From assembly GCA_963774265.1 (NCBI GenBank), contig CAVZDU010000003.1, forward strand, positions 448,001 through 512,000: 64,000 bases of DNA, written 5' to 3'. The position numbers were made by a program, and so were the translations under genes. Origin of the DNA: an uncultured Chloroflexia bacterium. Lineage in GTDB: Bacteria > Chloroflexota > Anaerolineae > CG2-30-64-16. Every line of letters begins with the position of its first letter. The stretch's first letter is position 1. Below are positions 40,091-50,708 of the stretch, piece by piece. The notes beneath the pieces are model-generated. The model saw nothing but the letters and a program-made list of their open reading frames with translations. It was not told the origin of the DNA and made no database searches.

Positions 40091-43000
40091 ATGGAGGCGG
40101 GCGCCGACAGGCGAGTGTCACCCCGATTGATTGGCCGGCAGGAGGAGATCGGACGGCTAGGCAGCGCCTTGTCCGAGGCCGTGCGGGGTGCAGGCCAGTG
40201 TGTCCTGATTGCGGGCGACGCGGGCATCGGCAAGACCCGGCTGATCGCGGAGCTGCGTGCAGGCTTCCAGGGGCGCGTCTTCGCGGGGCAATGCTACGAA
40301 GAAGAAACCTCCTTCGCGTTCGCCCCACTGCAGGCTGCGCTGCGAGGGTTGCTCGAGGCTGCGGATGCGGCAGTGGCCGAACTACTGGAGCACCGCGCCG
40401 ATGGCCTGGCCCGCCTGCTGCCCGAGCTGGCCGATCGTAGCACTGCACGTCCCCTTGCCGGGGAAGAGGGCAATCCGACCGCGAGCCAGCGCGTGCTCTT
40501 TGAGGCGATGGCCGGGCTGCTGTTTGACCTGGCAGCCCGTCAGCCCCTGCTCGTCGTCTTCGAGGACCTGCACTGGAGCGACGAGAGCACGCTGGCGTTC
40601 ATCCGTTTCCTGGCGCGGCGGCTGAGGAGCCGTGCGGTTCTGCTCATCGGGACCTACCGGCCCGGCACGGTCCCCGAGACCCTCGCGGACCTGAACGTTG
40701 CACTGGAGCGCGAGCATCTCGCGCAGCACATTACACTTGCGCCGCTGGTTCGCGCTGAGGTGGAGGGCCTCCTGCGCAGCATCCTTGACAGCGCACAACC
40801 CATCAGCGCAGATTTCCTTGATGCGGTCACGGCTTTTTCCGAAGGCAACCCCCTCCTCGTCGAAGAGCTCGTGGCTGCGATGATCCAGGCCGGCGATATC
40901 TACCAGGCCGACGGCGTCTGGGCGCGCAAACCCGTGCACGAGCTGCGTGTGCCGCGCAACATGCAAGACGGTGTGCAGCGGCGCACCGAGAAACTGACTC
41001 CCGAAGCGCGGCGAGTGCTGACGCTGGCCGCGGTGGCCGGCCGCGAATTTGACTTCGAGATGCTCAGCCAGGTTACGGGCCTGGGCGAGGGGGACCTTCT
41101 ACGCGGGGTTGAAGGAGCTGATCCGGGCCGGCTTCATCAGCGAAGAGCGCGCAGATGCCTTCGTCTTCCGGCACCCGCTGCTGAGAGAGGCAGTGCAGGG
41201 GCAACTATTGGCGCGCGAGCGGCGTACGCTCCACGCGCAGATCGCGGGCGCGCTCGAACGCCTGCACGGCGCGGATGTGGGAGCGTACACGGCCGAGCTG
41301 GCATACCACTACCATGAAGCGGCGGCCTGGGAACAGGCGCTGCCCCATGCACGCCGCGCCGGAGAGCGGGCGCGGCAGCTCGACGCGACACCGCGAGGCG
41401 CTCAGCCACTTCACCCGCGCACTGGACTGCGCGCAGCATCTGGGCAGCGAGGCGCCGCTCGACCTGTTGCTGGCGCGAGCCGATCTCTACGAGCGGGTCG
41501 GCGAGTTCAATGCAGCTGATGCCGACCTGACCGCGGCCCTGCACGGAGCAGAGCAGGCGACCCGCCTGGCTGAGTCATGGCAGGCACTCTCGAAACTGGG
41601 GTACCTGTGGGCTGCCCACGACTATGATCGCAGCCTGGCCTGGTTCGAGCGCGCGTTGGCCGTCGCCAATGCGTTGGAGGATCCCCTGGTCCAGGCAGAA
41701 ACCTTGAACCTCATCGGCAACGTTTACCTCAACCGCGACCTGCCTGACGCGGCCTTGCCCTATCACCAGGCGGCGCTGGCCGCGTTTGAGTTGGTCGGGG
41801 ATTTGGCGGGCCAGGCCAACACGCTGGAGTTGATGGCGGTCAGCAACTATAACCTGCCCGATGTGTTGGCGGGTGCAGAGTGCGAAGAGCGGGCGCTCGC
41901 TCTGGCTCGCGCGGCCGGCGCCCGCTCCGTCGTCTTTCACGCGTCGATTCACCTGCTCCTGCCTGTTCGGTTCGAGACCGAGGTGGGGCCACCGGTAGAA
42001 TCTCAACGCCTGGTTCAGTTGGGGGAGGAGGCTCTGGCGCTGGCGCGTGCGATGAGCTGGGCGGGCGGCGAAGCGCAGGCGCTCGGGCTACTGGGCGGGT
42101 TTCATGGGCTTCTTGGGCACTACGATCGCGGCCTGGCACGCCTTCACGAGAGTCTGCAGTTGGCCGAGCAACTCGATCATGCCGCCGGGATCTCCGCGTC
42201 AGAGCGCATGATCGCATCTATCTTGCTCGACCTGTTGGCCTTCGATGAAGCGGCTGACCGGCTGCGCCGTGCGTGGACGCTGGCAACCGGGGCCGGCGCC
42301 CTCCTGTTTGCGGACATCGCGGCCCTGGCCCTCGCGCAAACGCTGGCAGCCCGCTGTGGGCCTGGGGACCTGGCCGAGGCTGCCGATCTGCTGGCCGGCT
42401 TGCTCTCCGGCAGTACTCTGCGAGGAGGCCGCAATCCGCGCGAGGCCCTGGCCACGCGTGCGGAGCTCGAGCTGGCGCAAGGGCGGTCCGCCGCTGCGGT
42501 GGGCACTCTCGAATCTCTGATCGCAGCAACGCGCCACCTTCCGAGCCACGGCTTATCCGCGATTCCGCGCCTTGCGCTGCTATTGGGCCGAGCCCTCATG
42601 GCGGTAGGACGTACTGAAGAGGCAGAGGATGCGCTCCAGGCGGCCGTGGCCGGCGCGGATGCCCAAGGCCGTGAGCCCTTGCTGTGGCGCGCTCACGCGG
42701 CCCTCGGCAGGCTGCGCCTGGATCTGAAGCAACGTCGTGTGGCCCAGGATGAGTTTGGTCGTGCCCGTGCGCTGATAGCCGGGCTTGCCAGCGCCGTACC
42801 GGACGCGAACCTGCCGCGAAGCGTTTATGCGGAAAGCCCTGGCGACCATCCCCCTTCCCCCCGTGCCAACTGAACGGCGAGTGGTGGCGCAGGCGCATCA
42901 TGGGCTCACCGAGCGCGAGCGCTCCGTGGCCACGCTGGTGGCCCGCGGGCACTCGAACCGGGAGATCGCGGACGCCCTGGTCATTTCCGAACGCACCGTG

Positions 43001-43093
43001 GAGCGCCATGTCGCCAATGTCCTCGCCAAACTCGGGCTGGCATCGCGCGTCCACCTCGCGGCGTGGGTGACTGAAAACCTCCCTTCGCCGTAG
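40091..43093 (+). CDS. large ATP-binding LuxR-family regulator (AAA_16 + TPR + LuxR HTH), frameshifted
   Basis: [34 protein letters not shown] and [32 protein letters not shown]. Confidence 0.9.
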
Positions 43094-43214
43094 CCATCCC
43101 CCACGAAAATCTGAGTGCTCGGCCCTGAAAAAGTGGGTGCTGCCGCCGATGCCGGAACCGGCCGCGCCTGTTATCCTACCCTTAGTGTTGAGATAGGGTA
43201 CAAGGAGGGTTCAA

Positions 43215-43649
43215 ATGTCAAGCAAGCAGAACATCGCCGCGCTTCAGCGGCTGATCGAGGGTGGGTTTGGACGGGGCGATCTGCAGGTGGTGGACGAGGT
43301 GGTGGACGCTAACGCGGTGGAGCATCAACCGGGCATCGAGCCGCCGAATCGCGAAGGCGTCAAGCGGGCGATCCGGTTCCTGCACACGGCGTTTCCCGAT
43401 TTCCAGGTCACACTGCAGCACATCGTGGCGGATGGCGACATGGTCTGGTGCCACTTCACGGCACGCGGCACGCACCTTGGGCCTTTTGGCCAAGTACCGC
43501 CAACGGGCAAGCGTATGACGATCGACGTCATCGATATTGCCCGCTTCAGCGACGGCCGAATCGTCGAACATTGGGGCATTGCTGATCGTTTCAGCCAGGC
43601 CGAGCAGTTGGGACTGCTATCCCAACGGCGCGAGCCTGTGGCCGGGTGA
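43215..43649 (+). CDS. SnoaL-like ester cyclase
   Basis: AFPDF, GTHLGPF, PPTGK and DGRIVEHW. Confidence 0.9.
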   Translation: MSSKQNIAALQRLIEGGFGRGDLQVVDEVVDANAVEHQPGIEPPNREGVKRAIRFLHTAFPDFQVTLQHIVADGDMVWCHFTARGTHLGPFGQVPPTGKRMTIDVIDIARFSDGRIVEHWGIADRFSQAEQLGLLSQRREPVAG

Positions 43650-43660
43650 GCAGGTGAAGT

Positions 43661-43945
43661 ATGTACATCTTGCACATCGAACACCCTGTCCCCGATTTCG
43701 AGGGCTGGAAGAAGGCATTTAACAGCGACCCCGTCGGGCGTGTGCGATCTGGAGTGCGGCGGTACTGGATTTCGCGGGCTGTGGACGATCCCAACCACGT
43801 GAGTATCGACCTGGAGTTTGCCACTGAGAGCGAAGCAGCGGGCCTCTTGGCTGCGATGCGCGCGGTGTGGGCGCGCGTGCAGGGCCAGATTATGATGAAC
43901 CCACAGGCACGAATTGCCGAGATCGTGGAGACACTTCAGTATTAG
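43661..43945 (+). CDS. small dimeric alpha-beta barrel / cyclase-like protein
   Basis: IEHPVPDFEGWKKAF..DDPNHVSIDLEF pattern; co-oriented with the SnoaL gene. Confidence 0.65.
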   Translation: MYILHIEHPVPDFEGWKKAFNSDPVGRVRSGVRRYWISRAVDDPNHVSIDLEFATESEAAGLLAAMRAVWARVQGQIMMNPQARIAEIVETLQY

Positions 43946-43950
43946 GACTT

Positions 43951-44014
43951 GCCTGCCCGGGTGGGAGCCGCGGGCGGAGCACCTGCTCCGCCCGCGTTCA
44001 AGTGTATGTTATGT
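43951..44014 (+). other. strong hairpin ending in GTTATGT (terminator or degenerate attC-like site)
   Basis: 13-bp perfect stem CGCGGGCGGAGCA / TGCTCCGCCCGCG (43969-43996), then TTCAAGTGTAT-GTTATGT. Confidence 0.45.
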
Positions 44015-44033
44015 GTCGGTTCTACGGACGCCT

Positions 44034-44060
44034 CCATCTCGATATCGGAATGCCCCAGCA
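44034..44060 (+). repeat. 27-bp direct repeat, copy 2
   Basis: Identical to 39956-39982. Confidence 0.85.
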
Positions 44061-44152
44061 CAGATCCGGCGTTTATGTTTGCCACAAAGTTCATTTGCCT
44101 ACCATCACGGAGTGTGATATCGTACGATAAATCGAGATTGGATTTAGCAAAA

Positions 44153-44973
44153 ATGGCCGATAATCTTACCGCGATTTCTGTAGCCCGGATGTTGCACGAG
44201 CAGGAACTGTTCTACTTCTCGTCGCGCACCCTTGCTGACCTGCTCGGCCGCGACCTTTCCCAGGTCCATCCGCTCGTGCGTCAGTTGGTGCGGGCTGGTC
44301 TTATAGCTGAGATCGAGAACGGCAAGTACTTGCTCCTCGGCTTTGAGCCGGAGCGCGTGCTCGCCAACCCGCTCTTCATCGGCTCCCATTTGATTACACC
44401 CGGATACGTGTCCTACTGGTCGGCTCTGCACACCTATGGTTTCACGGAACAGGTGCCGCTTACGGTGTACGTGGCGACCACCAGGAAGAAGTCGCCTGTC
44501 GAATACGCCGGACAGCGCTTTCGTTTTGTGACGATCCAGCCGCGCAAGTTCTTCGGCTACCGCCGCGAGCAGGTGGGTGGGTTGCCGGTTTTGATCGCCG
44601 ATGAGGCCAAGGCGCTCATTGACAGCTTGAGCGAGCCGGAATATGCCGGGCGGGATCGCTGAGGTCGCGAAGGCGCTGCGCACAGCGATCGAGACGATCG
44701 ATCTCAATACGTTGGTGGAATACGCCAACCGGCTCGGTGACAAAACACTGGGCTCCCGCCTCGGTTATTTGCTGGGCCTCGTGGGTCGCGTTGTCTCGCC
44801 CTGCGATGGGGTCGCCTGCCCCGAAGACGGGCGAGGGGACGCCTCAACTCATCCGCTCCACCTCGTCGGTCAAGCTCGATCCCGGCCGACCGGGGCAAGG
44901 CCGGCGCGATACTCGTTGGAGAATTGACATAAACTTATCGCTTGAAGAACTGAGAGGGGAGGGTATCGGCTGA
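44153..44973 (+). CDS. type IV TA antitoxin, AbiEi family, frameshifted
   Basis: wHTH N-terminus, GYVSYWSALHTYGFTEQVP, KFFGY, EAKALIDSL, RLGYLL and RWRIDIN. Confidence 0.85.
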
Positions 44974-45803
44974 TGCTGACTCGCACACAAATCCAACGTC
45001 TGGCGCAGCGCAATCACATCGGCATGCAGGCCCAGGAGCGCGACTACCTCCAGCACCTGTTGCTGATGCTTTTCTACGCCCGCTCACAGGCACTCATCTT
45101 CAAGGGCGGCACCGCGCTACGCCTGGTGTACCGGGGAGTCCGCTATTCGGAGGATTTGGACTTCAGCGCCTTGATCAGCGGGGAGCCGGTTGCTGCACCA
45201 GCCCGAATCGCCGAGTTGCGCCGCCTGTGGCAGGCGGTCGTGGCCGACTTACGCGACTTCGGCGCCGAGGGCGAGATACGCAACGTTCGGCAGGGTGAGG
45301 TTGGGCTCAGCTTCGACGTGAGCTACCAGGGGCCGCTGTACGATGGTCGCGATCGGAGCAAGGGGAAGGTGCGCGTCGATGTCAGCTTGCGCGGCGAACC
45401 ATCGGCTACCCGTCGGGAGTTGGTGCGCTCGGAGTACGACGATGTGCGGCCGTTTGTCGTCACTGTGCTCAGTCCGGAACATCTGCTGGCCGAGAAGGTG
45501 CGCGCCTTGCTGGTGCGGGCCAAGCCGCGCGATCTTTATGACGTCTGGCTGATGGTCGAGCAGGGGGTCCAGCTGGACGCCGACCTGATCCGGCAGAAGC
45601 TCAAGCTCTACGAGATGACCTTGACGCCGACGGTGGTTGAGGCGGCGCTGACACGCGCGCGACGGGATTGGGAACGCGATCTGCGCCCGCTCTTGGGGCA
45701 GTATGTGGAGCCTGACGTGACCGACCGCACCGCAGCGACGCTGCTCCGACTGGCCGAGTCTGCGAGCGAGGGCGCCGGCCTGGCCGACAGCCGCGGAGAA
45801 TGA
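44973..45803 (+). CDS. type IV TA toxin, AbiEii nucleotidyltransferase
   Basis: ERDY, FKGGTAL, RYSEDLDF, AEKVRAL and PRDLYD. Confidence 0.9.
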   Translation: MLTRTQIQRLAQRNHIGMQAQERDYLQHLLLMLFYARSQALIFKGGTALRLVYRGVRYSEDLDFSALISGEPVAAPARIAELRRLWQAVVADLRDFGAEGEIRNVRQGEVGLSFDVSYQGPLYDGRDRSKGKVRVDVSLRGEPSATRRELVRSEYDDVRPFVVTVLSPEHLLAEKVRALLVRAKPRDLYDVWLMVEQGVQLDADLIRQKLKLYEMTLTPTVVEAALTRARRDWERDLRPLLGQYVEPDVTDRTAATLLRLAESASEGAGLADSRGE

Positions 45804-45872
45804 GCATGGCGCGCAAACTGGATCGGATTCTTATTGAAGACGTTGAAGCTACCTGCTGGGATGGCGCCCACC
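45800..45872 (+). pseudogene. N-terminal stub of a DEDDh 3'-5' exonuclease
   Basis: MSMARKLDRILIEDVEATCWDGA matches the D-x-E-x-TC Exo I start of ERI/KapD-like nucleases; similarity is lost afterwards. Confidence 0.5.
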
Positions 45873-46010
45873 ACCTCGGCGTCGGAAAGATAAGCGGTGC
45901 GCCTGCCTGAAGCGGTTTCCATGAGCCATCCGATGTGGCGAGGACTCTTCTATTCGCCCGGTTTCTTGGGCGGTGCGGGCGGCGCCTTCGGCGCTTCATC
46001 CTCTGAAGAC

Positions 46011-46035
46011 GTGGGCGCGGTCATCCCGCGCCCAC
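46011..46035. terminator. GC-rich hairpin after the Fe-S gene
   Basis: GTGGGCGCGG-TCATC-CCGCGCCCAC, perfect 10-bp stem. Confidence 0.6.
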
Positions 46036-46048
46036 ACTGACACTTATT

Positions 46049-46465
46049 CTAGCCCTTGCTGGCGTACACGATCTCGGTGCGGCTGCGCTCCCACTCGGGC
46101 AGCTTGAAGATCCGGTAGCCGCGCCCGCGCAGCTCATCGAGCTTTTTCGCCACTTCGCTTTGCGCGTCGTCCAGGTCGCCATAAGTCATGGCGCCGTTGG
46201 GGCAGTTGTGGACGCAGTAGGGATCTTGCTCCTGCTTTGTGCGCCCCCCGCACAACGTGCAGTCGGTGGTGTGGATGGGGATCCAGCTCATGCGCAGATT
46301 AGGCCACACGCCCGAAGGGCGGTCGATGCCTTCGCCGCTGCCCAGGGTGCGCACGTGCTGCCACCACTCGTCGTCGGCTAGCTGGTTGCCGACCTTGCAG
46401 GCCAGGGAGCAGGTCCAGCAGCCGGTGCAGCGCTGCAGGTTGATCAGGATGGTTGGCTGAGTCAT
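46049..46465 (-). CDS. 4Fe-4S dicluster subunit (short DmsB-like)
   Basis: CTGCWTCSLAC, CTLC and PYCVHNCP..YGDL; overlaps the oxidoreductase stop. Confidence 0.85.
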   Translation of the reverse strand: MTQPTILINLQRCTGCWTCSLACKVGNQLADDEWWQHVRTLGSGEGIDRPSGVWPNLRMSWIPIHTTDCTLCGGRTKQEQDPYCVHNCPNGAMTYGDLDDAQSEVAKKLDELRGRGYRIFKLPEWERSRTEIVYASKG

Positions 46466-47710
46466 TTCTGACCTCCATTCTTGCCGTTTACTTTGCGCAC
46501 ATCGCACGCGCAGTCCCAGATCGTATCCCAGGCGCCGGCCAGGACCGACTCGCCGCCGGCAAACATGTTCCCGATCTTTCCCTCATCCGCAATACATTGC
46601 CACCAGCGCTTTGTCAGATCGTCAATGGTTTCCATGCCTCCCAGCGGGACGAGCAGCTCCGCATAGGTGCCTTCCTCGAACTGGCGCTTGCGCCAGCCGA
46701 ACCAGACCTGCACCGTCCCGGGCGGGATAGCCTCGTCCAGGCGCAAGATGGTCTTGACCTTGCCGCGCTGGTTGAAGCACTCGATGGTGTCGCCGTCTTT
46801 GAGGCCTTCCTTGGCTGCGTCGACGGGGTTCATGCGCGCCGATGGCCCGCCACCGGAAAGCTTGGTCATCCAGGGGTCATCGGTGAAGATGGACTGCATG
46901 AAGAAGCGCTGCCGACCGGTGAAGAAGTGGTAAGTGTATGGGTTCTCGCGCACGCCATCCGGAACCTCGAGCGTGGGCCTGTATTTTGCCAACGCCTCGC
47001 CCAGGTCCGCCAGGCGCTCGACGTAGAACTCGACGCGGCCGGATTCGCTCGGGAACCGGCGCGATGCCCAGGGATCGTTAGGCGTTTCCGGCACAGCCGC
47101 CCGGACGCGTTTTTCCTTCTTCAGGCGCTCCATCGTCAGCGGCGGCTGGATGTCGGCGATCATCGGGTAGGGCGACTGCAGCCGGATATCGAGCCACTCT
47201 TCGGTGGTCTTGTCGAAGTATTCGCCCAGGCCGACGCGCTTGGCCAGCTCGCTCCAGAAGAAGTTCGGGTCGCGGGCTTCGCCTAGCGGCTCGATCGCCG
47301 GTTCCTGCAGGACGATGTGGTTGTAACAGGCCGAGGCGATAATCTCCATGCGCTCGAAGGAGGTGCAGTCGGGCAGTACGTAGTCGGCCAGCTCGCCCGT
47401 ATCGGTCATCCAGATGTCGAAGTCGACCACCAGTTCCATCTGCGGGAAGGTTTCTTTCTCCCAGCGTGAGCGGTTCGGGCAGTTGTGCACCGGGTTGCCG
47501 TTGGCTTTGATAAAGGCCTTAATCGGATAGGGCTTGCCGGTCTTGACCTGCTCGAAGAAATCATCCTGGCGGATGTATTTCGCCTTGATCCCCTCGATCC
47601 CATCAGGGAACGCGATGGGGAAGTCGTTAAAGAGGATTGGATAACCGGTCGGCATCAATTCGCAGGTCGCGCCGCCGCCGAGCATGCCGATGTTGCCGGT
47701 CAACAGGGCA
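46462..47710 (-). pseudogene. C-terminal half of a molybdopterin (DMSO reductase family) oxidoreductase
   Basis: Begins abruptly at LTGNIGMLGGG; DIWMTDTGELADYVLP, SGRVEF and MNPVDA..DGD..NQRG; no N-terminal Fe-S/Tat half. Confidence 0.8.
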
Positions 47711-47943
47711 TTCGAGGGCTAGCGCCTGGCAGGCATATCCCAGCGAGTCCTGGTGATGCGCCAAAAATCTTCGTAGCTGCCCATGAGGCTGCGCAGCCAG
47801 GTATACTCAAGCTGCTTGGCCCGCCAGAGCTGGCTGAGGGCTTTGCCGCGCCCCGGAAAAGCCCCTTCGGCGGCGTCGACCACTGAATGAACGTCAAAGA
47901 GCGTGCCGTAGGCATCGAAGGCATAGGCCTGTAAGGCGGTCAT
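47711..47943 (-). pseudogene. N-terminal third of a haloacid dehalogenase type II
   Basis: [21 protein letters not shown] and DFWRIT; runs directly into the oxidoreductase half. Confidence 0.8.
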
Positions 47944-48175
47944 TTTCCCTCAGCAAATAGATCCAGTCTGGCTCTCGGTTAGGAATATTCTATCACCGGA
48001 ATGATGAACACAAAAAGCGGAGCGAGCCATGGAACCGCTCGATCCGCTTTCTCTTCAACCTTACCGTGTGAATTGGGCCTCAGGCGGTCATGTCAATCAA
48101 TTTACTCAAAGTGCTTTTCGGCCAGGGCAACTAAGGTGCAATTGCCCTGTTCCCCCCACTCCCTTCTTAACGATA

Positions 48176-48216
48176 CAGGCCGCAGGGATCAGTTCAGTCT
48201 GATCCGCTGCGGCCTG
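48176..48216. terminator. hairpin downstream of the DUF937 gene
   Basis: CAGGCCGCAG-GGATCAG...CTGATCC-G-CTGCGGCCTG long imperfect stem. Confidence 0.55.
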
Positions 48217-48257
48217 AGTTACGCACCCCTGTGCGACGACCTCTCTGGGACTGACAC

Positions 48258-49332
48258 CTACTTGCAGTTATAGCCTTGCAGGAGTTTGCCCTCGGCATCG
48301 ACCACCGCTTGACGCGCGCTCAAAACCTTCTGCGCCGACGCACCTACGGTGGTGCCGGTGATGCCGCTGACGAAATCGCTGTAGGTCTTGTAGACATTCT
48401 GGAGCGTCGCCGTCTCTGCCGGGCGCACCGTTCCCAAGACATTCACGACGCCGTCGAATGCAGCTTTCACCTTGTCCTGGCCGGCCTTAAGGTCAGTGAC
48501 AGTGGTGTTGGCGTTGATCGTGGGCAGGCCCTTGACCGTCTGGTCGAGCGTGCTGATGGCCGTACAGACCGGCGCCTGCAAGTCGGCCGGCAGCGCCTGA
48601 AGCGTGATCGGCTTCGGGCGCAGGAACAGGAGCCACAAGATGGCCAGCACGGCCACAGCGCCGAGCAGCCACCATAGCCACTTCATGGATCGCACGGGTG
48701 ACGGCGGTTCAGGCTGAGGATTGAGCCTGGGCGACGGCGCCGCAGGCGGCGTGACGCGCGGCACTGTTGGCGCAGGCGTGCTGATTATTGGGCCGGCGCT
48801 TAGGCCCAGCGTGTCGGCCAGCGCCTTCGGCGCAGCGGCCTTCACGAAGTCCGTTTGCCCGGCCAGCAGGTTGGCCAGGCCTGACGCGTTCAAATTGCCG
48901 CGGGTGACCTGCCTGCCCACCAAAGCCAAGACCATAGGGGCAATGCTGTTGAGAAGTGTGGAGGCGGACCCTCCCCGGATGCCCGCGATCGAGGCAATCG
49001 CGTCAATCACCTTGCTGGTGTTGCCGCCCAAGAGGCTGCTGACGATGCCAGCGCCCGAAGAAAGCAGGTTCTGGCTCGAATCGGAGCCGCCAAGAAGGCC
49101 AGCGAGGTTGCCCAGTACATCCGCACCGCCGGTCTGATTCCTCACCAGGTCCAGGATCCCTTGCCGCGCCGGCGGGCGTCCCACCCTGTTTGGCCAACGC
49201 GCCCACCAGGCTGGGTACGACTGCCCCCAGAGCATTCTGCGTCTGCGCGGCGGAAGTCCCGCTCAGACTGCCGAGTGTGTCTACTACATCGGGCGTGAGC
49301 TGCTTGCCGATGAGTTCGATCAGGCTGTCCAT
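48258..49332 (-). CDS. DUF937 domain membrane-anchored protein, frameshift near 49170
   Basis: MDSLIELIGKQLTPDVV..ALGAVVPSLVGAL, IAPMVLALVG, Pro linker, WLWWLL TM segment and helical extracellular domain. Confidence 0.75.
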
Positions 49333-49915
49333 TCTCTTCTCCTTTCTACAACACGACTGTGGGACTCAAACGAGCCAAACCACATCTAAAATGAAATGAT
49401 AGCAGGTCTCCGTGACGAAACAGATTACCTTGCTCTAAGGATTGTATGGTCTGTCGTACGCTCTTCGATCTTTCATAGCTGTGAACCCCACACTGCATGC
49501 CGCGCTCGTCATTGCGGGGTCATTTTCCACGAGGGCAGGGCTTGCCACCGGCCGAAAACCGTCGTGGTCGCTCCTGGGGTCAGGAGCGTGCCTGGAAGAC
49601 CCATAAACAGTTTTGGCAAGAAGATGACGGCACTCGACCTGCCGAAACAGCACCACTCGCGGAGATCTGGATCTGCGGCCCCGCGGTCGATCCGTCATCG
49701 TGATTGCGCCTACCGGTTACGCCCTCGTAGATCTACTGCGTGACGCGGGGTTCACCATTGACCAGAGCCGCCTGGATCGCGTCTTCCACGACCCGAAGGG
49801 ACCGATCACCCGCGCCGTGAAGCTTTGCTCGCCGGGGATGTGACCGCCGGTGTGCGTATCAAATACTGGTCGCTGGATCGAGCCCGATCTAAAGTGCAGA
49901 TACCTCAGAATGCAC

Positions 49916-49947
49916 GGAACCCCACAGATAGCTATCCGTGGGGTTCC
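49916..49947. terminator. hairpin just outside the att repeat (probable original tRNA-Pro terminator)
   Basis: GGAACCCCACAGATAG / CTATCCGTGGGGTTCC near-perfect palindrome, downstream (minus sense) of the displaced tRNA 3' end. Confidence 0.6.
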
Positions 49948-49969
49948 AGGTACGCCTGATGATGATGTT

Positions 49970-50009
<40 letters not shown>

Positions 50010-50276
50010 ACATTCTTATATCCTGTATTGAGTACGCTTTGCATTCCTCAGTAACCCCAAACCGTGGGGGGCCTTCGTTAAGCTTCTGATCTTCCCCTGC
50101 TCAGCCGTGTCAGGCATGTGTGGTGTCAGATTGGGGACCGAACCTTAAAGTTTCGCGAAGTTGCGAAATTGGGGTCATTCCCCATTCACTAACAAAGTGT
50201 TACCGTCCCTGAAAATGGATAAACCTATTGACACACCACATATAATATAGACACGGGTTTACATCTAGGGGGACGC

Positions 50277-50708
50277 ATGGCAGGTCCAACACAACGGGTC
50301 AAGGGGCGAATGTCCAGGGTGCAGGTAATTCGAGCGCAGCACCTGCTGCACATGAAGTATGCGCCTTCGGAGATCGCGGATGAGATTGGTCTTCCGAACA
50401 AGGACCTGGTCTACCAGTTCATCAAGGCCGGTTGTCCACACGAACGGGACGAGAATGATCGGATATGGATCGTCGGCACGCTGTTTCGCCAGTGGGCCAA
50501 GTCTCAGGCGACAGGCGACCGCACCGAACACGATAAGATGCTTGAAGGTCAGGCGTATTGCTTCAGATGTCGCAAACGGGTGACGATGAAGGCCACTGGC
50601 GTGCGGCCGTCAGGTCGTTATCTGGAGTTGCTCACGGGCACGTGCGCGGAATGCGGCGGGATCGTCAACCGGGCACGCAGAAGGGGGGGCGATGATCAAC
50701 CGGGATAA
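50277..50708 (+). CDS. HTH + Zn-ribbon (DUF5679-like) protein, possible excisionase/regulator
   Basis: YAPSEIADEIGL HTH-like segment; AYCFRCRK...GTCAECG; overlaps the integrase start. Confidence 0.7.
   Translation: MAGPTQRVKGRMSRVQVIRAQHLLHMKYAPSEIADEIGLPNKDLVYQFIKAGCPHERDENDRIWIVGTLFRQWAKSQATGDRTEHDKMLEGQAYCFRCRKRVTMKATGVRPSGRYLELLTGTCAECGGIVNRARRRGGDDQPG

Noticed and set aside
39873-44014. Complete integron
   Set aside because: The recombinase is only a C-terminal remnant with no IntI-specific region visible, and only one degenerate attC-like site is present.
44788-44842. REP-like palindrome inserted in frame in the first AbiEi gene
   Set aside because: The arms GCGTTGTCTCGCCC/GGGCGAGGGGACGC pair only about 11/14, and the extra length is about 10 aa in a variable linker that also contains an indel; too weak.
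49396-49900. ORFs or ncRNA between the DUF937 gene and the att site
   Set aside because: Only short motif-less frames; no structure I can support beyond the terminal hairpin.
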